NCBI GenBank assembly: GCA_051362555.1
Contig: CM120642.1
Coordinates: 24,614,001 to 24,678,000, forward strand
Length of the DNA stretch: 64,000 nucleotides
Source of the DNA: Lingula anatina
Lineage: Eukaryota > Animalia > Brachiopoda
Reading direction: 5' to 3'
Position numbers and translations under genes: made by a program. Position 1 is the stretch's first letter, and each line of letters begins with the position of its first letter. Below the pieces are notes generated by a model. It was given only the letters and a program-made list of their open reading frames with translations, was not told where the DNA came from and did no database searches. Below are positions 1 to 42,922 of this stretch, one piece after another.

Positions 1-90
1 AGACATTACCAAGTGGAAACTTGGCCTTGATGATAGCTTATTAGATCATTTTGAGTTAATTGATAAGCAGAAATAGGCTTTCATGACAGG
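1..90 (+). pseudogene. Diverged duplicate of the end of the NDOR1 terminal exon and the start of its 3' UTR
   Basis: 1-39 agacattaccaagtggaaacttggccttgatgatagctt (RHYQVETWP*) aligns with 1081-1119 aggcattatcaagtagaaacatggtcttgatgatagctg (RHYQVETWS*). Similarity continues into the UTR (tcatttt...tttcatgaca). Confidence 0.7.
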
Positions 91-237
91 GGTGAGGTTG
101 CCAAAATATTTTTAAAAGTGTTTATTATGTTAAATTTCAAAGTCCATTCTATTTATAGGTTAAAAGACCACCCTTCTAGCCTAATGCTGTGTTCATTTAA
201 AAAAAGAAATGTATATGAACTGTTTTATATATTCCAG

Positions 238-1110
238 GCAATTATTTGTTCTTTGGCTGTAGGAATGAAGCCAAGGATTTCTACTGTGCCAAAGAGTGGC
301 AGGAATATGTGAACAGAGGCTTCCTGCAGTTGTTTACGGCTTTCTCTAGAGATCAGGTAGCAACACCAGTCTGTTATCATCTTCTTGTATAAAGTTCATT
401 GTAACTTTTATGCACAGTCTTATTTTGTCCAATATACTATACATTTGTTTTCTTTGTTTTGATTAAGTAGGTCTTGGATGTCAAAATTCTGCCAATATGA
501 CCCTTATTGCCTCCTAATACAAAATGTGGTTTTACTTTCACTAAGTGACCAAGGTGACTTGAGCAAATCTTTCCCCTCCTAGTAGTTTTTTTTATCATTA
601 GACAAGTGAATTTTATTTTCAGGAAGACAAGGTTTATGTTCACCACAGAATGTTGGAGCAGAAGAAGTTGTTGTGGGAACTTATTGATAAGAAGGGAGCA
701 TATGTCTACATTGCTGGGTAAGTGGATCTCTGCTTGAGGTCAGTCAGTAAGTCAAGAAAAACTGTGAAAAAAACTTTTTCAATGCACTGTTTATGTATTC
801 ATAATGGTGTTTGCCTTAAGACGTGAAGTAAAATACGATAATATAAAGTAAGAAATTGTTCATGATAAATATGCACCAACAAAGGCTTACTACAATCACA
901 ATGGCAGTGGTGCATTCAATTACAGTAAACTATATTATAAATTATTGTATTTTTCTCTTTTTTAGCAATGCAAAACAGATGCCGGATGATGTAAAAGGAG
1001 CTTTAAAGACCACCGTCATGGTAGAGGGTGCTATGTCAGAAGACAAGGCAGAACAGTATATAAGACAAATGGAGAAAACTAGGCATTATCAAGTAGAAAC
1101 ATGGTCTTGA
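238..1110 (+). CDS. NDOR1: NADPH-dependent diflavin oxidoreductase 1, last three coding exons (238-356, 623-717, 966-1110); the 5' part lies before the window
   Basis: The spliced translation GNYLFFGCRNEAKDFYCAKEWQEYVNRGFLQLFTAFSRDQ|EDKVYVHHRMLEQKKLLWELIDKKGAYVYIAG|NAKQMPDDVK...RHYQVETWS* has diflavin-reductase NADPH-binding motifs (LFFGCR, AFSRDQ, KVYV). YIAGNAKQMP and the ETWS end are typical of NDOR1. Introns are GT-AG and phase-consistent. Confidence 0.92.
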
Positions 1111-1654
1111 TGATAGCTGAAGTTCATTTTAAATTAAGAATTAGCTTTTCATGACATCAACACCATGAGGAATAATTTAAGCATTTTTTATTGTTATGTA
1201 CTATTAGTTGGAGATATGCAAAGTTATTTGAGAGAATTTCATTTGAAAAGAAATACTGTCATAACTTGGTATAACAAAAATCCATACCACAACATTCCCA
1301 ATTGTTTAGTTTAGTGAGTTTGCAAATGGTTTATGCCAGGAACGAAAGTACCCAATTTATCATCTGGATTTACAGTCAAATACAATTGTTTCACTGTGAA
1401 CAAGTTGCTCAGTTGGGAAAAGTACTGCAAAAAGAAACCTTTAAAAGGATCTATTTAGTTTTCTGTATTTCAAAGCTGTGTAGATTGTCACTAGTAACTT
1501 CAACACAGCAAATTCAAATAAACTTCGCAATAGACATTGAACAGATTTTTTTCAGACTGAAAAAAAAAAACATTCTGTAAATTACACTCAACTCGCTGGA
1601 CAAGAAAAATAAAACAGGAGTCAAGGTTTTAAATGTCTATAAGTACTTGTAACA

Positions 1655-1660
1655 TTTATT
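1655..1660 (-). terminator. Possible RABGAP1 polyadenylation signal (would give a 3' UTR of about 2.2 kb, tail-to-tail with NDOR1)
   Basis: AATAAA on the minus strand (tttatt on plus). Position-based inference only. Confidence 0.3.
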
Positions 1661-3854
1661 TCATTGTTAAATATGTTTCACTGGTATGGGAACACTATGC
1701 GCGTAAAGTTCAGTTAAGGATTCTTTATACAACATGTACAACTCATAACTGATATGTCACCTCACAGACAAAGCGCCAGAGATACAGTGAATAATTATCA
1801 CAATATCAATTCAATCGTACTTTTGCACTGAAATTCTACCAAGTGCACAGAATGAGAAGAAAACTGCAGAGTGGACTAGAGGTACAAAATCTTAATATAT
1901 TTGCGAACACTGTTAACTGAAGAAGAGAATGAGAGGATCAAAGCTTGACAAAAAAGTTCAAAACCATAAACTCAAACAACTACATGCTATGAAATAAGAA
2001 TGTTTACATATTAACCAAAATAGCCAAACATCCAAGTATAAGAGACAGGTGGCTAATAATAAGTGCAGCAAGAGAATGTGCCTCCGTTCTTGCTATTCCT
2101 TAAAACAATTCAGTCAATATGTTGATATTCTACATATATACAGCAGTTACTAGCCATGGTGGCAAGCTAATTGTCTATGGAAATGAACAATTAGTTTAGA
2201 TAACAATATCTTATAATAACTAACCCCAAGTAGTTGTTACACAGTCACAATTTATTTTAATACTTGTAGCACCAAAAGCAATTGGAAAATGTAAGTAGAT
2301 AAACATTACATAATATTTATTATCCCACAGAATAGGATAGAAAGCTATTCAAAAAGGGAGGGTTGGGTACTCTAATTTTCACAACCAAATAATTACACTA
2401 CTGTTCCCAGATGTAATAATAATTGCACATATATTTACATTATAAATAGCATTATACCCTTCTTGAAATGACTGAATGAAAAAAAAATCAAGCATTGGAT
2501 TTTTAGTTTTTTCCTTTGCATGGGGAGGGGAGGGGGCAAAAATAGCAATGTTTTGCCCAACTCAAAACTGCAAACTTTATCTCAAACATTCAACAAGAGA
2601 AAGCAGGTGTATTTACAGGGTGGGGGAAGGGGGGGGGGGAGAGGAGGAAGAGACAGAGAAGTCACCCTATTGTCCATAATATAACCCTCAAAATATGCAG
2701 TCTTGGCCAAAATTACCTTGCCAAGATGCACAGGAAACCAGATACAGACAAATGTGTAAACACGCAGCAATCCAATGAATAATAGTTTAAATACTAGCAT
2801 TTGACAATAGTAGTGCTGCAGGCTAAAAAAAAAAATTCAGGAAGTCCAAATAAATGATGTACTTAACCTCCTTGAAATACAATTTTGCTTGCTTTGAAAG
2901 ACATGAAAATATTTGGCCTTTCACAAACTTTATAAATGCACCAGTGTACACACTATTTTTAAGCTCGCTCTCTCACACACAGTGTTCTGTTGCACAAGTA
3001 TACTTCCATCGTGACACAATATTACAACACAGGCAGTAAGGAGTGCACAATCACCCATCAACACCATAATGACTTCCATCTGAAAGTATGTTGTACACTG
3101 CATGGCTAAAAAATATCTTTGGATTTTAATCTCAATTTCTACAAGGTGTAGTTAAAGAAAAGAAAGCCCTCCATCCAATTACATAGCATCTTCACAATTA
3201 GGTTGCTGTTGTCTTTTAACTAATACAAAAAGCATTAGCAAGCACACTGCTATTACTGTGCCCATGGAACTATACACAAATCCTATTCTTAAAATGAGAA
3301 GTTCTTGAATGTATGCGTGAGTGCCAGTCAAAATCATCTCATTTTTTAAAAAACATCAATAACAATGTCAACACTAGTTATGTACAGCATACGAGTCACA
3401 TTTTCAGCAGTGAAACTACATCTGGCATGTTCTAATGTAGGAATCCTCTGCCTACAAGCATGGTATTTACTAACATAGTAAATCAACAATGCAAAAAAAA
3501 AATCTATAGATGTAAAAGTGACATTCTTTTAGTTAAATTGTCTGTGGCAATAACAATACTTTGTCCACACACTGGTGACTGACTACGACTCGTAACAGTT
3601 GAGCTATATATGCCATAAATACAATTTCACACTGAGAAGAAACTGACACACATAAAAATCTGTTGCCAGAATGACAGTTTGGCACATATCAACAGACTCA
3701 GCCACTACCTTTCTTTCCGATTATAGAAAGGTAGTGGAATTGGAATTTCTTCCTATTAAGTCAAACTTCCCATTGTCCTATTGGTCTCTATAGCAACAAC
3801 TTATTAGTGTTATGTGAACTCTGACCCACTTAAACTAGAGACTAAATTTTCTTT

Positions 3855-31013
<27,159 letters not shown>

Positions 31014-31026
31014 GGTGGACTGCAAG

Positions 31027-31044
31027 CTAATTGTTGGCCGTCAT
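31027..31044 (-). promoter_or_regulatory. Upstream ORF (MTANN*) in the RABGAP1 5' UTR
   Basis: After the acceptor at 31054-31056 the exon reads gattttaccATGACGGCCAACAATTAGcttgcagtccaccATGG. The uORF stops 13 nt before the main ATG at 31013. Confidence 0.6.
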
Positions 31045-31337
31045 GGTAAAATCCTGAAACAAAAATATGATTTTAAGTTTAACAGCAAATTCTTTTCCAC
31101 ATAAAAAATTAGTGAGAGAGCAGACATAGTGTATCACCATTTGCCCTCTCCTATTACCCTTATTAGTGGCTTTGAACTTCTTCAAAGAACAAGTACTTTT
31201 AAAATAAGATGAGAATTGCTGAAGATGCCCCGTGTACCACATGCTCCAAAGCCTCTTTTATTTTCTGATTTTCAAAAATGAGCACAGTGATTTAATTTTT
31301 TTATACTACAAACCAACATGGCTGTCTATAAAATTAC

Positions 31338-31506
31338 TACCCTCTACCAGGGCGACTGATAGATTTTTACGGATATTCACAGATATGTCTCTAGCTAGAT
31401 AGATTGTCATTTTAACTCTAAGTTAAAGTTAAAATGACAATCTATCTAGCTAGAGACATATCTGTGAATATCCGTAAAAATCTATCAGTTGCCCTGGTAG
31501 AGGGTA
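31338..31506. mobile_element. 169-bp near-perfect foldback MITE with a 9-bp target-site duplication (Mutator-like)
   Basis: Arms of about 80 bp (taccctctaccagggcgactgatag... / ...ctatcagttgccctggtagagggta). TAAAATTAC lies at 31329-31337 and 31507-31515. Confidence 0.85.
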
Positions 31507-34028
31507 TAAAATTACTATGTTTGCAATGTCGTTTGTAGGTCAAAATGCTGAATGTGGGGTACTTATTCAAAAAAAGTTATATCTATTGATTGGCAGTCTC
31601 TTAAACTACATGTACTTTTGACCATGCCTTACCGCAAATCTACATGCAAGTGTAAAAAGTCAAAATTACACAATTTTGAAGATTATTTAAAGGGACAATG
31701 CATAAGGTCTAAACCATCTTTAACCTACTTATTTCTCAATAAGAAAGACTGTGTTTAAATCTCAAAGGCCTACCACACTTCTTTTTAAATAGTGAACTTA
31801 GTACCCCTTCCTAAAATTTGCATCATTAGGTACTTTAAAGTGAAAATGCATAGAATGGATGAAATCATTTTCTAGTGACAAGCCATGTGAAGCAAAAAAA
31901 AAAAAAAAAAAAAAATCTTATAGGGCATATTTTTTGTGTTTGGGGTGATCAGAAAGAACTCTGTTGAGGAAGTCGTGAATCTTTTTTCATTGCATTCTAC
32001 CTTGAGTGCACAGTATTGCATCTTTTTAGTTTTATTTCATTTATTCATCTTTTCATTCATTTATTTATTTTAGCATGCTTCTGTGTGCAAGTGTGTGTGT
32101 GTGTGTATGTGTGTGACAAAAAAAAAAAAAAAACATGGCATATTGTCCTTGTAAGTACTGGTCAAGATATCACACAGGTGTGATATAACCACAAGAACAC
32201 CACAGTTGCTCTGGTTACCTGTTTTATATCACTGGGCTTGCATTCTTTTCTGATCAAAACAAGTAAGGCATTTATACTGCTTGAGTGATTCTCACAAATC
32301 CAAATGCCACTTGAAATGACTTCTTGGCAGACTTTTCTTACAGAAGGTTGGAAATTCACTATTTTTACCATCTTTAAGCATTTCAAGGGTTGGTTAATAT
32401 AAAAAAAAAAAGATCACTTTTTTGGCAAACTCAAATGTTAGTAATTTGTATGTGAAACAGCAATTCCAGACATTTTTATCAAAATTATTTTTCAATGTCT
32501 CTTTCTATACTGATAGTTCAGTGTTAGTCTAAGTGGGTATTGTACAAAGTCCTTTTACGTATGTATGCTAGTGATCACATATATATCTAGTGACTCATAC
32601 AGAGAGTTAGTGTGTTTAGGTTCAGAAGCCGACTTCCATTAAGAAGTACTGTTATGTATACAAGCCAATATGAATAAAATGTTGCTCCCCAATATCTCCA
32701 CTCCCGCATCCTTGTTTCCTCTATTAGATAAAGGACTTGTAGGAATTTAGGTGAGATCCTTGGAAGTTCTGGATCATTAGGGATTGTAAATAGGATGTAA
32801 CATAACTTGCATTTCATGGTATTGGTGGCCAAAATATGTATAAATGCCCCTTATAACACGATTCAGATTGGGAAAATTGGGCAATTATATAATCTATGAA
32901 AGCCCCAGTCCATTTAGCATAAAAAGAAAATACTTCTGAACCAACGAAGTACATTTCACAAGTAGATGATCTCATACTTCAAGGTATGTTTGGATTAGAA
33001 ATGGTTCTTTTTTTTTTTTTTTTTTTTTTTTTGTATACAACACATGAACACTGCATAACACCAATGGTCAAGTTCATGCACAACACATGCTACTATGTAC
33101 TGATATGAGAGATGATGGTACACATAATGAAAACAAATTATTTTGCAATCAAATGTCAAGTTTTGGAGCTATTATTAGATTCAGATAATACTAACATCTG
33201 ATCCTTGTTAAGAAAGCCAATGTGTCTATTTGTATACTTTAGCTACTATTATTTAAACTATGAATATTTATTTATAAATTACAATGATATGAACAATATA
33301 ATATATCAAAATATGACAACATAAAAATATTTAAAAAAATTATATAATATATGTAATAAGATAAAGTAAGTGTGCAATGACCCTGAATTACTTCTTAACC
33401 ATATATTTATAGCTCATAAGCAAGATGATCTTTGGCCTCTGTTTTCAGCCTTACAGGTTGGGTATTTACAGGCCTCATTCTATCATATAATATATAACAA
33501 ACTTTAAAAGCTATCAATATCAACATCCTGGGAAAACTTTGTGTCCTTCATCACTCTTTGTACTATATAATTTGCATTTAATGTGCATTTCTATTGGTTT
33601 GCATATTGATAATGATTTGTCCTTTTATTCTAGCTAAGTTAGATGAATAAAACATCTATACACTTAAACACGCCAGAGGCTTTACATAAACCCTTCAGGG
33701 TTGTAACACAGGGTGTGATGAGGCTTTTCCTGCGTAACATGTAAGGCTGATAACTGAAGGGTTCATCCATTTTAATCATCATTTTCACGGGTCTACAAAC
33801 CCTATACTGGGGGGGGGGGGGGGATTAATGTTCTCTGTACACTTTTGAAATTGATGATCCAAATTACTGTCAAAGACCATCATTTTGCCTTTCACCCTGT
33901 ACTCTCTGAGGGGGTAGGGGGCCTGGCATAAATCTACTCTTTGTAGATTGTGAAAATGATGATAAAAATGGATGACCCCTAAGCAGACAAGAATGACTGC
34001 CCCGTCTGCTTGTGATTGGTCAGGCGTC

Positions 34029-34598
34029 GGTACTTTTGTAGTATACCCCCCCACCCTGTAACTTCCTGAAACTTTCATTTTTCAAACAGTTTTTTACTTT
34101 GTCTTTTTCACCTATGTCAAAGCTGTTGAAATAAAATGTTTTTGTAATTACCTGTGGTCTTTTTATTAGTTTTAATCACGTTTAATCCACCCCATTGAAA
34201 TACAATGTGAAAATTTACAATGTACTTGCAGTCAATAACTTGCCGCGTTTTCGTTGGCTAACTCTACCTTATTTTATGTGAACATAGGATTGATACATTG
34301 TATACTTGGACTTCCTCTGTGAAATTATTATGAGCTACTTGTTCACATAAAATTACCCTAGAGTTAGCCAACGAAAACGCGGCAAGTTATTGACTGCGGG
34401 TGTAAATTGAAGATTCTAACATTGTATTTCAATGGGCTGGATTAAACGTGATTAAAACTAATAAAAAGTCCACAGGTAATTACAAAAGCATTTTATTTCA
34501 ACAGCTTTGACATAGATGAACAAGAAAATGTAAAAAACTGTTTGAAAAGTGAAAGTTACAGAATGTTACAGGGTGGGGGGGTATACTACAAAAGTACC
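34029..34598. mobile_element. 570-bp foldback element with long inverted arms (about 270 bp) and an 8-bp target-site duplication
   Basis: Ends ggtacttttgtagtataccccccc... / ...gggggggtatactacaaaagtacc. CAGGCGTC lies at 34021-34028 and 34599-34606. Confidence 0.88.
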
Positions 34599-34986
34599 CA
34601 GGCGTCTACTTGAAGTTTATAACCCTTTATCATACAGTAATCTGTTATGGCAGCGTTCTGTTATAATTGTCATTCCAAGATATATGAATCAAATAAATGG
34701 TTTAACGAACTGAAGATAATAAATGAATGAAGGAAAAATAAATGTTATGACATAAATGATAAAAGTATCTGCAAGAATCATTGCGGAATTAACCGATTAC
34801 AGTGACGTCATATTTGCTCCGTAACACTCGTCCAGCGGCCATTCTGGAGGGAAAGAACGACGGGGAATAGTAGCGTAAATATAGGTGAACCAAATAAAAT
34901 GAAATAATCTTCATATCGTGATCAAGTACACCAAAAAGAAAATAGTATATACATGTGAAAACTTCAGCTGATCAGCGTGATCGACC

Positions 34987-35094
34987 GGGGGCGTCTCGAT
35001 AGTCCGAAGGTTCATTGGTCCGAAGGTTCTATAGTGAACATTCGGACCAATGAACCTTCGGACTATTGAACCTTCGGACTATCGCTACGGCCCC
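34987..35094. mobile_element. 108-bp MITE built from inverted ~15-bp subrepeats, with an 8-bp target-site duplication
   Basis: gggggcgtctcgatagtccgaaggttc...gaaccttcggactatcgctacggcccc, flanked by GATCGACC at 34979-34986 and 35095-35102. Confidence 0.8.
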
Positions 35095-36444
35095 GATCGA
35101 CCCATATAAACTCAAGACAGTCCAAAGACGTGAAATCCTGACCTACCCCTGTATCCCAACATCGTGGAATGTTGTCAGAAGCTAGTTAAGTTATCTTGTA
35201 CTTCATTTTTCTTGTTCATTGGGTAATAAAAGTTATAGCTTTAGAGAGTTTACTGTGTAATCATAAGTTCAACCTTTCATAGAAGCAACTTTGTACATAA
35301 AGGATAGATATAAGGAGAAATTTGAGCTGACTATCGGGATCAACCCTTACGGACTCAAAGAAGAGAGTATGCAGGGTTGTGACAAGAAATATTGCTGTCA
35401 GATATGATTTAACTGTACATCATGAAGCTGTCAGAAATTATTTCAGCATTCTTGTGCTTCATTTTGGTTCATTAGGAAGTATTTGTAACATGACTGTTGT
35501 TTGAGAGTTCAATATTTTACCATGAATTCAACCATTCACAGTAGCAACATTGTTAGCATTTTATTATTAGTCCAGACCTTCACAGAAGCAATGTATTTTT
35601 CAAACTTATGACATTCAATGTAACATAACAACAAGTCAGTTCATGAATTGATCTTTATTTGATTGAAAATATAGGAAAATGCACATTTTGTATGGATAAA
35701 AGTAAACATGAAATGCAAAACATTGTTGCACAATTCAATGACAGATTATCAGGGTCCCTTTCCTTTTGGTTGATAACACTGACATGAAAAATATTTCCAT
35801 ACTTTTAATGATGCAATGCAACATGTACATGAGCATATTAAGTCGAATCAAGCCACCATAATTTGAGAAACCTGTTTAGTATATTTTTAATTTATGTCTA
35901 GAGAAATGCTTGATTGAAGACTCACAATTGATATGTGCTGTGTGGGTATGTACATATTAGGCCTTAGATGGTGTTACTAAGCAGTTTGTAATTTTATTTA
36001 GGAGAATTCCACAACTGGTGGTCACAATTTAAAAATGCACAACAGTGACAACCTACATGTACAACAGCCATCTGTTTCTGCATATCAGACCATCTGTGGG
36101 AGGTGCACCATACAAAATTTTATATTTCTTGCAAACTTTTCCATTTAGCCTTTAAACATATGAGAAAGAAAAAAGTGTTTTCATTTCTTCTTGTGCTTCT
36201 GCTCACAATTCTAAATAAATAGAAAACCTGTCCTTGTTGTATGCAAGCTATCAGGATAACAACTTTAAAACAACAAATGAACAATGAAATAAATAAACAA
36301 ATCCAATTAAATAACTCCTGTCATGCACTGAATTTCACTCTCCTGATGTTCAGATCCTGTCTCCTCAGCTGGTCACAAAGATATAAGAATATTTTTTCTC
36401 TGCTTCTACCTTGTGTGCCATCTAGCTGCCTTTTGTACCTGTCA

Positions 36445-36475
<31 letters not shown>

Positions 36476-37369
36476 GATAACCAAGATTTATTTGCACCCA
36501 ATCATTCAGTGTGGCTTGGTGGGAAAATTTCAGATCAATTTCCTAAATGTAAATTAACAAAAAAAGGTAACAATAGTTATTTTTATTCATATTGTAACTT
36601 GCATCATAATACAGTAGGAAAACACAGAATTCAACATTTTACAAATTCATTTCATAAGTTCATTCAATTAAATGGTACCTGAGCTAGAATATATACTTAC
36701 AAAACAGATTTACTCTTAACACTACACTAAATCTAAAATCAAGCCACTAACTTCCAAATACACATGACACAGGTAATTGATTTAATTGGCCCAGCTGAGC
36801 TGTGTACATTGTACTGTAGCCTTGACACTAATTGACAATAATGCTAACCAGGTATTAAAGAGGTAGATGACAGCAGATAAAATCCAAAGAGCACCATAAC
36901 TGATAACAAATTACACCCAAGGCAATAAGTGAGTCTTCATAATGAAAGTCGAAACCCTGCCTGGGTATTTCCACACGTTTTTACAACACACTCTCCACCA
37001 AGACTTTTTGGGCACTACTAATATGCAGTGTACGTGCGCTCATATCTTATACACCTCGGTCATTGGTTTTCTACTTTTTTTTCTTTTATGGTAAAGGCTG
37101 CACAGCTGGGTCTTCATTCTTTGCTGTAAAATAAATTAGTTTTATCCTTTACTTGTCCGATGAGTCTTGATTCAAAGCCACTCCTCAATCTCTCCTCCGT
37201 TTACGGTTTTCGTCCCTACACCTTGGATTGTTACCACTGCAGGCAGTCTGTGAACGCTTGTTAAGTTATTTATCTTCTCTCTATCATATACCCTGCAGTA
37301 ATTCATCATTTTACTCGGTTTAATATCAAAGAAAACACAGAAATTAAATGCTAAATTGTACATGTAGAC

Positions 37370-38068
37370 ATGATCATGCGCAGCAGACGATTCCGGTCTC
37401 CCTCCAGTATGGCTGCCGTTTGTTTTGATGACGAGGGCTACAATGGGTTAATAGCAAAATTTATTATTTGACCTATCTCTAAAATTGAAATCTTTCACCT
37501 ACCATGACAACAGCAAGGTTTGTTCCAATCAACCTGTAATAAAACAAAGAACCAGCTACAGTCTTTTTTCGAAGATAATAATTTGCTTTTTGACAGCAGT
37601 AGCCCAGCCTGAACCAAAACACCTTTTTCACATGACATAAGGCGCATGTCTAACCGGAAGCAGCAATTCCGTCCGGGATTTTCCGTGTGTCTTCGGGCAT
37701 CATCGCTTATCAGAAATCTCCTTGTGGGAAGGGTAGGATGGCCTTTTGTTTGAATGAATATTATATACGCACGTGGTGCGCGCCGGGCCAATTTATATGT
37801 GGAAGTGCTTGTCAGACAGTATAAAAGGGAACACCTGAAGCAGTTTGCCGCGGTGACTACATTTGGCTCTCGTGCAGGTAAATTACCCAATCAAGGTACA
37901 GCTCGTGCGGTTACCATGGTTATGTTACGTCGGAGTATAAAAGCTCGACACAAGGCCGTTGAGTCAGACGCAGTTTGTGAAGAAGATTCGTTGCGCATCG
38001 TCTTCGCAATTCTACGGGCGACTTCTGCTAATTCCTTCAAATTTGGTGAATTGGACTGATTTGACAAA
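37370..38068. promoter_or_regulatory. CpG-rich bidirectional promoter region for RABGAP1 (-) and alpha-tubulin (+)
   Basis: Local CpG enrichment. E-box CACGTG at 37770, CCAAT at 37788 and 37887, TATAAAAG at 37820 and 37936, X-box-like GTTACCATGGTTAT at 37910-37923, and Inr-like TCAGAC at 37964, about 30 nt after the second TATA. Candidate minus-strand non-coding first-exon donors lie at 37502 (atg|gtaggt) and 37152 (aa|gtaaag). Confidence 0.7.
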
Positions 38069-41298
<3,230 letters not shown>

Positions 41299-42922
41299 GT
41301 CGCCCCATTACTCAACTTTCCAAGAACTATGCATAATTTTGAACTAAGAACTTGACCATGGTTAAATAGTCACTAGCAATAAAAACCGTTTTTGAAAATG
41401 CATAAGGAAAGTGAAAGTTGATCTGCACCTTGAGAAAAATAAAGCTTTAAAATTTCATTGTGTTGCGGCTTTAATTGCAGAGAAATTACGATAATTTATG
41501 TTATATGTTGGTAACTTTTTTTTCCAAAATTGAGGGGAAGAAAATTAACACTGAATAGGTTGCGACTCCACGGCCGTTCTATGAAATTGAACGAAATGAA
41601 ATGTATTGCGACTTGTAAACTGCTACTTGACTTTGCATTGAAAAAACCGAAAATTAAATGAGAACGAATAATACTAAAAATGTTTTCTTGTGGCAAAGCT
41701 TTTATACTAAAGCGACATGTAGATGCCCGGGGTCCCCGTCGATGTGAGTACTACAATGTGAATTACTTTGTTTTTTTATGTATAAAAACATGAGATCCCA
41801 CTGTAAAAACTAAAGATTGCAGTATTTCATTCCCTTACATTTCATACGTGCTGTGCAACCTCATCTTTATCGTTACCTTTATTGAAAGAGAGTTTCACTG
41901 ATCAAAACATTTCATCTCCCCTCTCTTCTAGAACCATTTAGACTATATGGATCGGGTGGCTTCCAAAACCGAAAAGATTATGAAAGATACCACTAACCCT
42001 GGATAGTCCGCACATCAACGTTGGCCTTATTTTTTTGTTATGAATGCGGCCTAAGTCCTGTCTATTCAACATTCGGAATATATTAACACTATAAGAAAAC
42101 ATCCGATATCAGATATACATGCATTAGTCATATCTTGGCTGGATGACTGCAACTCTGCATTGTATCCAGTTGATAAGAATAAATATTACAATGCATTAAT
42201 AATATTTCGACACGGCTTTTAATGTTGCATCCTGGAAATTGCTACACTACTCCAACTTTTAAACAGCTGCATAGGTTACCAGTTCGGTCCAGAATTTCAT
42301 TTAAAATTCTAGTTTTTACACATGCTACATTTTTAAAACATTTTTAATCTAGTTCCATCACATATAACTGCTCTTATTAAGCATCATAATAACGAATACC
42401 CTGAGGTCTGATGACAAACTTTTACTGAAAACACCCAAACCTCGGTGAAAAACATACGGCGGCATTGTTTCGATGTGATGATGGTTTGGTACATCTAATG
42501 CAATGAGCTAGTCGTACCCAGCTGTTTTATCACACAGCAGAGAATGTCGAGAGGTAGCAATGGTATACAGAAATCCACGCTTCCGCTGTAAATCTTTTTT
42601 TTCCCCCGACTTCCAGCAAACTATTTTGTTTTACATTATTTGACAATAAATTTTTATCAGCGGCTGGAAGCGTAGAAAGTATGTCCCTAGAAGCATAAAA
42701 TCGTAAACGATCTTTTAAGACGAAGGCTACTTTTCATTTGCTGGACAAGCAAAAAATGATTGTGTATGTTTTGGTCACCGAACAATGTTAAAAAAATGTG
42801 TTTTATTCACCTTGTTTTTTATGTTTGTCTCAATCTTTGTGCCCTTAATTTCAAAGCACCATGCTTATTTTCTGGGCTCAACTAGTATACTGTATTCGAG
42901 CTATGAATAGATTATTTTCAAT

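Noticed and set aside
37495-38059. ORFs of 131 aa (-) and 101 aa (+) in the promoter region
   Set aside because: GC-rich promoter DNA has fewer stop codons, the ORFs show no protein motifs, and they overlap TATA and CCAAT elements.
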